Shown here piece by piece: positions 1 through 7,015 of a DNA stretch of 15,076 bases; position 1 is the stretch's first letter; each line of letters opens with the position of its first letter. The notes below the pieces were generated by a model. That model searched no databases. It worked only from the letters and a program-made list of their open reading frames with translations, and had not been told where the DNA came from. The translations under genes and the position numbers were made by a program. Source of the DNA: a virus (taxonomy: Duplodnaviria; Heunggongvirae; Uroviricota; Caudoviricetes); IMG/VR virus record IMGVR_UViG_2651869755_000010, positions 1-15,076 of that record; one strand, 5' to 3'.

Positions 1-247
1 GGCGGAGAGCATCAATGGTCTTTACAAAGCGGAGGTAATACACCGTAAGAGCTGGAAAAACCGTGCAGAAGTGGAACTGGCCACACTCACGTGGGTGGAC
101 TGGTATAACAATCGACGATTGCTGGAAAGGCTGGGCCATACTCCTCCGGCAGAAGCAGAAAAAGCTTATTATGCTTCCATCGGAAACGATGATCTGGCAG
201 CCTGAGTTCACAGATAAAATACTCTCCAGGAAACCCGGGGCGGTTCA
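1..247 (+). mobile_element. IS3-family insertion sequence, IS629-like, terminal portion containing the 3' end of the transposase gene; terminus at about 247
   Basis: Reverse complement of 206-247 reads TGAACCGCCCCGGGTTTCCTGGAGAGTATTTTATCTGTGAAC, which matches the terminal inverted repeat of IS629/IS3-group elements as I recall it (TGAACCGCCCCGGG...). It lies directly after the stop codon of an IS3-type transposase reading frame. Confidence 0.75.
2..205 (+). CDS. IS3-family transposase OrfB, C-terminal 67 codons (5'-partial, continues upstream of window)
   Basis: Frame 2 translates without a stop from the window start to TGA at 203-205: AESINGLYKAEVIHRKSWKNRAEVELATLTWVDWYNNRRLLERLGHTPPAEAEKAYYASIGNDDLAA. 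This is the characteristic C-terminal tail of IS3-family integrase-like transposases. Confidence 0.75.
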   Translation, partial: AESINGLYKAEVIHRKSWKNRAEVELATLTWVDWYNNRRLLERLGHTPPAEAEKAYYASIGNDDLAA

Positions 248-902
248 CAATAATAATTGGGCGTGTAGCACGTATCAGATCAATTGGCTTATCCAGATCG
301 TCAACGGTTGTTTTTTCACTGGACTGATAGAGCTTATTAACGTCTTTTTTGTTAATCGCACCAACTGTCATTACCATGATCTGCATAACAGAGCTGGTTG
401 CAAAATTTCGCACATCCGCAGGTTTAGACGAGTCATACAGATAGTATTCGTATGGAATTCCCGCATAGAGGCTTTTAAAATGTTCTTCAGTGATTTGTAG
501 TGTTTTATAAACGCCTTCCTTGATGGCAATGGAAGGAACCACAATGATAAATTTGCTCATGCCATAACGTTTATTCAGCTCCAGCATGGTGCGAAGATAA
601 ACATACGTTTTACCTGTCCCTGTTTCCATCTCGACAGTAAAATCATGGCTGTCGAGCACAGGTGAAGGTGGAAGCTGATTCTTCAACTGAACCTTGTTCA
701 GGTTTTTCAGCAGAACATCATCTTCGGGTATCTGTGGGTTTACAGGCATTGAACCTGTTGCGGCTTCAAATGAGAGTGCGCCCTGAGCTGGGGCCAGCAC
801 AGTCATTTCGCTCTCCCATTTCTCTTGCCCTTCAAATAAATCACAGACCGAAGTAATGGCGTTTTGCTGATAGGTAAGGTCAGATTCAAAATGTAGTTTC
901 AT
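248..902 (-). pseudogene. res: Type III restriction enzyme Res subunit, N-terminal fragment of about 218 codons, interrupted by the IS insertion
   Basis: Minus-strand ORF starts with ATG at 902, 9 nt after the mod stop, and carries helicase motif I (FTVEMETGTGKTYVY). The reading frame enters the IS terminal repeat at 247/248, around ...RATRPIIIV, where helicase motif II (DExH) would be expected. The remaining 51 codons of the track ORF 87..902 are read-through into IS sequence. Confidence 0.7.
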
Positions 903-911
903 CTCATTCCC

Positions 912-2888
912 TTACAGGCTGTGCAGGTTAGTCAGGCCGTGTTGTTCCAGAATGGCGCAAAGATTTGTTTTAGCGACGTTATTTTCAAACGCATCATCAA
1001 GGAAATAGCAGACCGTATCTTTCCCAACTTTTAAACTCTTATGCCAGTCGATGATCCCCTTGGTCAGTTCTTCTACTGAAGATGCAGGGATTTGTTTAGC
1101 AAAGCAGGTAAACAATTTGCCACCGTCAACGCAAGAAACGGTTAATCCATCAAACTGACGGGTTTCAATGTCTACACTCAGGTCAATGCCACGCTTAAGC
1201 ATCAACTCTGTGAGTAAATCTTCTTCACTACGGCCTTCGAGGATTGGACTTACATAGGCATCAATCTGTTGTGAAAGGGTATCAGCAGTCGCTTCCCACG
1301 GACGGATGTTAGATGTATCAAGTTTAAACACACGAAAGCCAACATCACCTTTCCATTCTGGATTGTCTTCACGAACTTTTTTACCTGCTCGGCGAAGGCG
1401 TTCTTTAGTTATTTCAGAAATTTTTAATGGCATTCCATTTTTATTTAAGAAGCTTGCAGCAACAATCTGCTCCTTTGTTTCTGGAACAACTGGTTCTGGT
1501 AGTTGCGTAATGATAAAATTTATCTTTCTATTCTTTGTTGCATTGGCCATGAAAACGGCATGACCAAAAGTACCTGATCCCCCAAAAAAATCAAGTGCTA
1601 TACCTTTTTCATTTGGGTGTGTAGCTATTTCTACTATACGTAAAAGAGTACCCAAAGGTTTTGGTCTTGAAAAAACTTCTTTTTCGAATCCCAGCTCAAT
1701 AAATTGTTCACTACCTCTTTCACTATTTACATCTTTATGTGTCCATGAAGAGGTAGCCTTTATTGCATCTCTTTTTGATAAATAGTCTTTCTCCATGATT
1801 CCCCACGTTTTTTTTGTGGGCATGAACTTAGCATAAACACTATCAATTTTCGATTTAGCTGTATCAAAACCCCATCGCCATCGTCCATCAGTACCATCAT
1901 CTCTAATTGGTTTAATTTCAATTAAATCATTTTTTTTCTGGTCTCTAGATATAAATAGTTCGTTTGTTTTTTGATCATAGTAAAAATAGTAAAACATATC
2001 TGGTCGATCTTCTCTACGGTCAGCATCACCAGTTTTACGTAAATCTATGTCACGGAATATTTCACCGTTTTCGTCTGTCTTATTATATCTCTTTGTTATT
2101 TTATCGTCAGGCTCAAAGCCATAGGTTTTTGCATAGTTAATGTTCTTCGCCATTACTAATATATATTCATGAGCTGTTGCTATGAATTTATCGTCAGACC
2201 GTCCTTTTGGATTGTTAGTATTAGCAATAAGGGATATGAAATTTTCTTCTCCAAAAATCTCAAAGCATATGCCACATAGGTTGTGAAGTTCATTTTCATC
2301 AATCGATATAAAAATAAAACCAGAGTTGGCAAGTAAGTTTCTTGCTAATTTTAGGCGAGGGTACATCATATTTAGCCAATCAGTGTGATAACGTCCACTG
2401 GTTTCTGTATTTGTGCTTAAGCGATTTCCATCTTCAGTTTGTCCAGTGATTTCAAGATAATTTTTCATGTTATCTTGGAAGTTATCTGGATACACAAAAT
2501 CTTTCCCGGTATTATAAGGCGGATCGATGTAAATAAGCTTAACTTTTCCAGCGTAGCTTTTTTGAAGAAGCTTCAACACTTCAAGGTTATCACCTTCGAT
2601 CATGACGTTTTTAGTGTTATCCCAATCAACGCTTTCATCTTTACATGGACGTAATGTGCCACGGGAAGGGGTAAGAGCAAGCTGACGAGCCTGACGCTTA
2701 CCATGCCAGTTCAGGCCATAGCGCTCTTCTTTGTCGTCTACATTTTCACCCAAGAGCTGTTTTAAAACGTCAAAATCAATACCGTTTTCATTAAATGCTT
2801 CAGGAAACAAAGAGTTAAGTTTGCTGATATTATCTTCAGTGATATTCATTGATTGTAGTTCTGTCATATCAGAAGTTATTTTTTTCAT
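912..2888 (-). CDS. mod: Type III restriction-modification system Mod subunit (beta-class N6-adenine DNA methyltransferase)
   Basis: 658-aa ORF with motif IV IYIDPPYNTG near residue 120 and motif I LDFFGGSGTFGHAV near residue 430 (beta-class order). The N-terminal region (LNWHGKRQARQLA, IEGDNLEVLKLL) resembles EcoP15I/StyLTI-type Mod. It lies directly upstream of a res-like helicase ORF. Confidence 0.9.
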   Translation of the reverse strand: MKKITSDMTELQSMNITEDNISKLNSLFPEAFNENGIDFDVLKQLLGENVDDKEERYGLNWHGKRQARQLALTPSRGTLRPCKDESVDWDNTKNVMIEGDNLEVLKLLQKSYAGKVKLIYIDPPYNTGKDFVYPDNFQDNMKNYLEITGQTEDGNRLSTNTETSGRYHTDWLNMMYPRLKLARNLLANSGFIFISIDENELHNLCGICFEIFGEENFISLIANTNNPKGRSDDKFIATAHEYILVMAKNINYAKTYGFEPDDKITKRYNKTDENGEIFRDIDLRKTGDADRREDRPDMFYYFYYDQKTNELFISRDQKKNDLIEIKPIRDDGTDGRWRWGFDTAKSKIDSVYAKFMPTKKTWGIMEKDYLSKRDAIKATSSWTHKDVNSERGSEQFIELGFEKEVFSRPKPLGTLLRIVEIATHPNEKGIALDFFGGSGTFGHAVFMANATKNRKINFIITQLPEPVVPETKEQIVAASFLNKNGMPLKISEITKERLRRAGKKVREDNPEWKGDVGFRVFKLDTSNIRPWEATADTLSQQIDAYVSPILEGRSEEDLLTELMLKRGIDLSVDIETRQFDGLTVSCVDGGKLFTCFAKQIPASSVEELTKGIIDWHKSLKVGKDTVCYFLDDAFENNVAKTNLCAILEQHGLTNLHSL

Positions 2889-3067
2889 AAAAAGTATCCG
2901 TCATGAGGTCACGGGAAATCAGTGTCCGAAATTGGTAAGCATTTTACGGTATGAAGTGATAGCCATCAACCAGTGATGGCTATTCAAACATATCTAAAAC
3001 AAAGGGTTACATGCTGCTATATGATGGGTTATCAAACGGTTAGCCGTAATTTTCTAACTCATAATGT

Positions 3068-4339
3068 TCACCTTTGGGCAAACTCAAACGGCCTGACCAT
3101 ATCGTTTCGATTGGCATCAAGGAAGTCAGCCCACCACTGGAGCATCAGTCGGCGCTGGTCAAGGTGTTTAGCCTTATGGGTATAAGCAGCACGGACGCTG
3201 TTGCTTTCCTTATGACTCATCTGAAGCTCTACAGCGTCTTCTGACCACAAACCTGACTCAATTAAGGCACTACAGGCCAGCGTGCGAAAACCGTGCCCAC
3301 AGATGTCCTGCTTCGTGTCATAGCCCATATTGCGAAGGGCTTTGTTGATGGTATTTTCGCTCATGGGCTTAAACGAGTCATAACAGCCAGTAAAGATTAA
3401 TCCATCATCATGGCCTTCTTCATAAGTCAGTTGTCGGATCTCTTTGAGTATCTTCATGGCCTGCTTACAAAGGGGAACGAAGTGCTTACGCTTCATTTTA
3501 GCCCCACGAGTTGAATGTTTGACGTTTTCAATCGCTTCACGCTGTTCGGGTATCACCCATAACTTACTTTTGAAATCAATTTCTGACCAGCGAGCGAAAC
3601 GCAGCTCACTGGAACGAATGAAAATCATCAGATTGAGCTGTATTGCCAGTATGGTTAACCTGCGGCCTTTGTATTCGGCAATTTTTTTCAGTAGTTGGGG
3701 TATTTCTTCCAGTTCCAGTGCAGGGCGGTGTTCAGTCTGCGGTTTCTGAATAGCACCTTCCATATCATAGGCCGGGTTATGACGTATAAGTTTCTGCTGA
3801 ACAGCATGACGCAGGATCGCAGTAATGTATTGTTGAATGCGCATGGCAACTTCAAGATAGCCAAGTGCCTCAACCTTTTTCACTGGAACCAGCAGATCAC
3901 CCGTATCCAGTTCGGCAACATCTTTATCGCCAATTGTCGGGAAGACATAGGTTTCAAGGCGCTTCCATACGGAATCACCATAATCTTTAGACCATTTTGT
4001 TTTCGTGGAGAACCAAGCTTTAGCGACTACGCTGAAAGAGCGTGTTTTATCACGTTTAGCTTTTAGCTCTTTAACTTCTGCCTGTTTCTTGGCATTAGGG
4101 TCAATGCCCTGAGCAAGAAGCCTTCTGGCTTCATCACGGCGTTGTCTTGCGTCAGAAAGAGAAACAGCAGGGTAAACACCAATAGAGAAGAGTTTTTGCT
4201 TCCCTTCAAAACGGTAGGCCATTTGCCAGTATTTGGAACCCTTCGGGGTAACGCGAAGGAACATACCAAAGCCATCAGTAAGCTTGTATTCCTTCTCAAG
4301 GGGTTTGGCATTTTTTGCTTTAATATCAGTCAGTGACAT
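3068..4339 (-). CDS. int: P4-type tyrosine integrase (site-specific recombinase) of the tRNA-Asn island
   Basis: The track ORF is 434 aa; the likely start is the internal ATG at 4339 (MSLTDIKAKNAKP...), typical of P4-family integrases. N-terminal arm-binding-like domain and C-terminal catalytic domain (GHGFRTLACSAL..., AAYTH). Adjacent to the tRNA-Asn 3' end. Confidence 0.85.
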   Translation of the reverse strand: MSLTDIKAKNAKPLEKEYKLTDGFGMFLRVTPKGSKYWQMAYRFEGKQKLFSIGVYPAVSLSDARQRRDEARRLLAQGIDPNAKKQAEVKELKAKRDKTRSFSVVAKAWFSTKTKWSKDYGDSVWKRLETYVFPTIGDKDVAELDTGDLLVPVKKVEALGYLEVAMRIQQYITAILRHAVQQKLIRHNPAYDMEGAIQKPQTEHRPALELEEIPQLLKKIAEYKGRRLTILAIQLNLMIFIRSSELRFARWSEIDFKSKLWVIPEQREAIENVKHSTRGAKMKRKHFVPLCKQAMKILKEIRQLTYEEGHDDGLIFTGCYDSFKPMSENTINKALRNMGYDTKQDICGHGFRTLACSALIESGLWSEDAVELQMSHKESNSVRAAYTHKAKHLDQRRLMLQWWADFLDANRNDMVRPFEFAQR

Positions 4340-4484
4340 GAAAAAATCCCCTCGATTGTTGGTAAAAGGCAAATCGAACCAGCATTACCAGCATTTTTAC
4401 CATCAAAATGATATGGCTTCGAGTGGTTTTTAGTGAACGAGGGTGAACGACTGAAGAGGGATAACCGATTGATAGAAATGCAGA

Positions 4485-4510
4485 AAGCAGACGTTAGTGA
4501 ACGTCTGCTT
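4485..4510 (-). terminator. Candidate intrinsic terminator downstream of tRNA-Asn
   Basis: 9-bp inverted repeat AAGCAGACG / CGTCTGCTT with an 8-nt loop, 10 nt after the tRNA 3' end on the minus strand. It is followed on the transcript by a moderately U-rich tract (UCUGCAUUUCUAU). Confidence 0.35.
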
Positions 4511-4519
4511 CCTTGAAAA

Positions 4520-4595
4520 TGGCTCCTCTGACTGGACTCGAACCAGTGACATACGGATTAACAGTCCGCCGTTCTACCGACTGAACTACAGAGGA
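4520..4595 (-). tRNA. asnT: tRNA-Asn (anticodon GUU)
   Basis: Reverse complement is TCCTCTGTAGTTCAGTCGGTAGAACGGCGGACTGTTAATCCGTATGTCACTGGTTCGAGTCCAGTCAGAGGAGCCA, 76 nt, a canonical cloverleaf with a GTT anticodon and encoded CCA. Called asnT rather than another asn copy because of the neighbouring mtfA and serU. Confidence 0.93.
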
Positions 4596-4695
4596 ATCGT
4601 GAGAACGGGGCGCATATTACTTAGCGGTACCTTGTCTGTCAACACTAAATTTCATAAGCCATTTCAATTGGTTAATTAATCTGCAAAGTTGTTAA

Positions 4696-5493
4696 TTAAT
4701 GAACATTCGTCGCCGAAAACGAGTCTGTATCATTAGCGTGATGCAGTCTCTGCAAAGGATCTTGTTGATAAAATTGACAGAAACGTTGCCACAATGAAGG
4801 GAAACGAGGAGCAAAAAGTTCTGGGGCGCTAAAGAAATATTCAGAAAGTACGGCAAAACATTCAGCAGGATCACTGGCAGCATAAGCATCAATGCTCGCC
4901 GCATTCTCACCAACTAATTCGATTTCTTCCTGAATGTTGTTCATTGCAGCATGAAGATCGTGTTCCCAGCCAGCAACCTCACGCAACGAAATAAAGGGAA
5001 CTCCGCTGGCGCGATCGCCGTTACGGGTGTCCAGCTTATGAGCGACTTCATGAATAATCAGGTTAAAACCAGAAGCATCAAAAGAATCTTGTATATCCAA
5101 CCAGTTCAAAACGATAGGCCCTTGCTGCCAGCTCTGACCTGACTGAACAATACGTTGGTTATGCACCAGACCGATATCGTCTTCCCATTCATCATCGACC
5201 ACAAATGGCGCAGGATAAATTAAGACTTCATGAAAACCATCCAGCCATTCCAGTCCTAACTCCAGAACGGGCAGGCAAAATAGAAGTGCTATCCGGCAGC
5301 TTCTTAATGAATTCAGCTCAAAGCCCTGTAAAGGAACAAGCCGTTTTTGCTGTAAAAAACGTTCGGCAAGAGCGACCAATTTGCTTTGTTCCTGTTCTGT
5401 CAGACACGTTAAAAGGGGGATCGATAGTGCTTCCTGCCAGGGAAGGGCAGTTTGATGTGCTGATTCTTGTACTTTCCAGGGCCACTTAATCAT
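4696..5493 (-). CDS. mtfA: MtfA (Mlc titration factor A), zinc-dependent peptidase family
   Basis: 265-aa product starting MIKWPWK... (ATG at 5493, internal to the track ORF 4696..5532). HExxH zinc-binding motif (IIHEVAHKL). Conserved position between asnT and serU, as in E. coli K-12. Confidence 0.9.
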   Translation of the reverse strand: MIKWPWKVQESAHQTALPWQEALSIPLLTCLTEQEQSKLVALAERFLQQKRLVPLQGFELNSLRSCRIALLFCLPVLELGLEWLDGFHEVLIYPAPFVVDDEWEDDIGLVHNQRIVQSGQSWQQGPIVLNWLDIQDSFDASGFNLIIHEVAHKLDTRNGDRASGVPFISLREVAGWEHDLHAAMNNIQEEIELVGENAASIDAYAASDPAECFAVLSEYFFSAPELFAPRFPSLWQRFCQFYQQDPLQRLHHANDTDSFSATNVH

Positions 5494-5586
5494 CGTTTTG
5501 CTCGCAAACTCGTCACTTGAACAAAATTGCACGGACAGGGACTGTTAAAATGCCAAATTTCCTGGCATCATGGCAACCATCTGAAC

Positions 5587-5676
5587 GGAGAGATGCCGGA
5601 GCGGCTGAACGGACCGGTCTCGAAAACCGGAGTGGGGGCAACTCCACCGGGGGTTCAAATCCCCCTCTCTCCGCCA
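5587..5676 (+). tRNA. serU: tRNA-Ser (anticodon CGA), with long variable arm
   Basis: GGAGAGATGCCGGAGCGGCTGAACGGACCGGTCTCGAAAACCGGAGTGGGGGCAACTCCACCGGGGGTTCAAATCCCCCTCTCTCCGCCA, 90 nt: class II tRNA with CGA anticodon in the loop CTCGAAA and encoded CCA. Confidence 0.93.
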
Positions 5677-5721
5677 AAATTCAATCACTTACACATCATT
5701 AAGTCAGTGACAAAAATCACA

Positions 5722-5753
5722 CTTGGAATTACTTGGAATATTTTCTTGGAATA
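5722..5753. repeat. Three direct copies of CTTGGAAT in the tRNA-proximal att region (candidate integrase arm-type sites)
   Basis: CTTGGAAT occurs at 5722-5729, 5732-5739 and 5746-5753; the last two sit within a duplicated TTGGAATATTTTC. The repeats straddle the integrase stop codon at the prophage end. Confidence 0.3.
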
Positions 5754-6754
5754 TTTTCAGGTAACGGGACATCAAGTGTCGGTGAAACTTTAACCTTCCT
5801 GTCATAGATTAGCACTTGCCCCTCGGTTTTGTGACCAGAGAAAAGTTGCTTATCCCGACTGCTTCCTTCATAGTCTGAAATTCCTTTCGCCTTCAGATCA
5901 TGAAAGGTGAAGTCGGTTAAAATACCTGAAATTTTGCCTGCGCGATTTCTTGCTTCTACCCACATTTCGTTAAAGCCTTTGTACATATATCGGTTGCCGT
6001 ATTGATTGCTGATTACATAGGCGGATGTTGGTAACTGTTTTGCTTTTTCGATCGCCGCCTGTAATCGTGGACTCCATGCTTTTATCTGTTTTTTTCCTGT
6101 TTTCCCTTGCTGGATAAAGATCCCGTCGTTTCCAATCTGCTCCCATTTCAGCGATAACACATCGGAAACCCTCGCTGCACACAGATAGGCAATTTCCATT
6201 GCGATAAAAACAGGAAGAGGTGCAACGCTTAATACTGCCTGGTATTCTTTGTCGGTTACATATCGTTCGCGGTTTTTGGCCTTGAATTTACTTACACCTG
6301 CACATGGGTTAGCCTTCACGTACCCTCGCTCATACCCCCAACTGTAAACACGGGACATACTGCTTTTTTCATGGTTGGCTTGCGTTTTACTCTGCTCCCC
6401 TCTTTTGTCCATGTATCGACGGATGTGTTCTGGTTTTATGGAATCCGCTGGTACCTTACCGAATACGGCAAGCAACTTTTTTTGATGTTGCAGATAATCT
6501 TTTTGTGTTCTTGGACTAAGGTCACTGTAATAGGCGCTGGCGAGGAATTTTTCCCACAAGCGACCGAATGTCATTGCACGATCGCGATTATTTACAGTTT
6601 CCTCATACTTTTTCCATAAAGCAGCTAAACCATCCTTGATGGCGGTTAGTGTGACAGATTCTCTGGATGTTGGTTTCCATACATAACTATATTTATTTGG
6701 GTATACATTTGGAGGTAATTTTTCGTGTTCAGGATTTTTCCTTCGTCTTCCCAT
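5729..6754 (-). CDS. int: Prophage tyrosine integrase
   Basis: 341-aa ORF with phage-integrase-type C-terminal catalytic region (...FTFHDLKAKGISDY..., ...GHKTEGQVLIYDRK...). Convergent with and adjacent to tRNA-Ser; start codon overlaps the stop of the upstream xis-like ORF (ATGA). Confidence 0.88.
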   Translation of the reverse strand: MGRRRKNPEHEKLPPNVYPNKYSYVWKPTSRESVTLTAIKDGLAALWKKYEETVNNRDRAMTFGRLWEKFLASAYYSDLSPRTQKDYLQHQKKLLAVFGKVPADSIKPEHIRRYMDKRGEQSKTQANHEKSSMSRVYSWGYERGYVKANPCAGVSKFKAKNRERYVTDKEYQAVLSVAPLPVFIAMEIAYLCAARVSDVLSLKWEQIGNDGIFIQQGKTGKKQIKAWSPRLQAAIEKAKQLPTSAYVISNQYGNRYMYKGFNEMWVEARNRAGKISGILTDFTFHDLKAKGISDYEGSSRDKQLFSGHKTEGQVLIYDRKVKVSPTLDVPLPENIPRKYSK

Positions 6755-6957
6755 CAGATCGCACCAAAATTCGGCTCTACCTCGCGTGGTGGTAAAGTTT
6801 TATTGCAGGTAAATAGATCCCGGCTGACAATCGGTTTGCCACTACGATTGGTATAGAACGGAAGCCCGTTTTCCATTAACCATTTTCGCTGGTGGCTTGC
6901 ATATTTGCAGCCCGTTAATATTAGCAATTCATCTTCGGTTAAAAATAAGCTGCTCAT
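6754..6957 (-). CDS. Excisionase-like small protein (DUF4224-like) upstream of integrase
   Basis: 67-aa ORF MSSLFLTEDELLILTGCKYASHQRKWLMENGLPF..., overlapping the int start by 1 nt. Position and sequence pattern match the small proteins found directly upstream of prophage integrases. Confidence 0.55.
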   Translation of the reverse strand: MSSLFLTEDELLILTGCKYASHQRKWLMENGLPFYTNRSGKPIVSRDLFTCNKTLPPREVEPNFGAI

Positions 6958-7015
6958 AGCTATATCTCATAACCGCCGCTAACTATATACGGTTAGCGGC
7001 AATTAGGGTTGAACA

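Larger units (their letters stand above)
1..4519. mobile_element. Genomic island integrated at the 3' end of tRNA-Asn (tRNA-proximal end; extends beyond window start); carries P4-type integrase, Type III R-M operon and an IS element
   Basis: P4-type integrase starts 180 bp from the tRNA-Asn 3' end and is transcribed away from it, the usual arrangement for tRNA-site islands. Cargo is a restriction-modification operon plus an IS. The island boundary at the tRNA is inferred, not mapped. Confidence 0.6.

Noticed and set aside
87-247. C-terminal 51 codons of the track ORF 87..902 (...NRPGFPGEYFICELRLPDHRFRWK...)
   Set aside because: This part is read-through into the IS terminal repeat and the antisense of the transposase gene; the genuine res frame ends at the insertion point near 248.
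63-500. 145-aa plus-strand ORF spanning the IS end and the res fragment
   Set aside because: It crosses the IS terminal repeat into the antisense strand of res and has no motif or plausible start context; a chance frame.
1578-1590. C5A7 homopolymer tract inside mod as a possible phase-variation slip site
   Set aside because: The tract is short (7 nt), it encodes the conserved FFGGSG motif, and the frame is currently intact; a phase-variable repeat is not supported.
4668-4697. Duplicated GTTAATTAAT between tRNA-Asn and the mtfA stop, considered as a CRISPR-like or regulatory repeat
   Set aside because: Only two short AT-rich copies in a convergent intergenic spacer; no array structure. Probably promoter or terminator context.
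5517-5551. serU promoter assignment (TTGAAC -35 with TAAAAT -10)
   Set aside because: The spacing between these hexamers is about 23 bp, so a canonical sigma-70 pairing is not supported; an extended -10 (TGnTAAAAT) is possible but I could not place it confidently.
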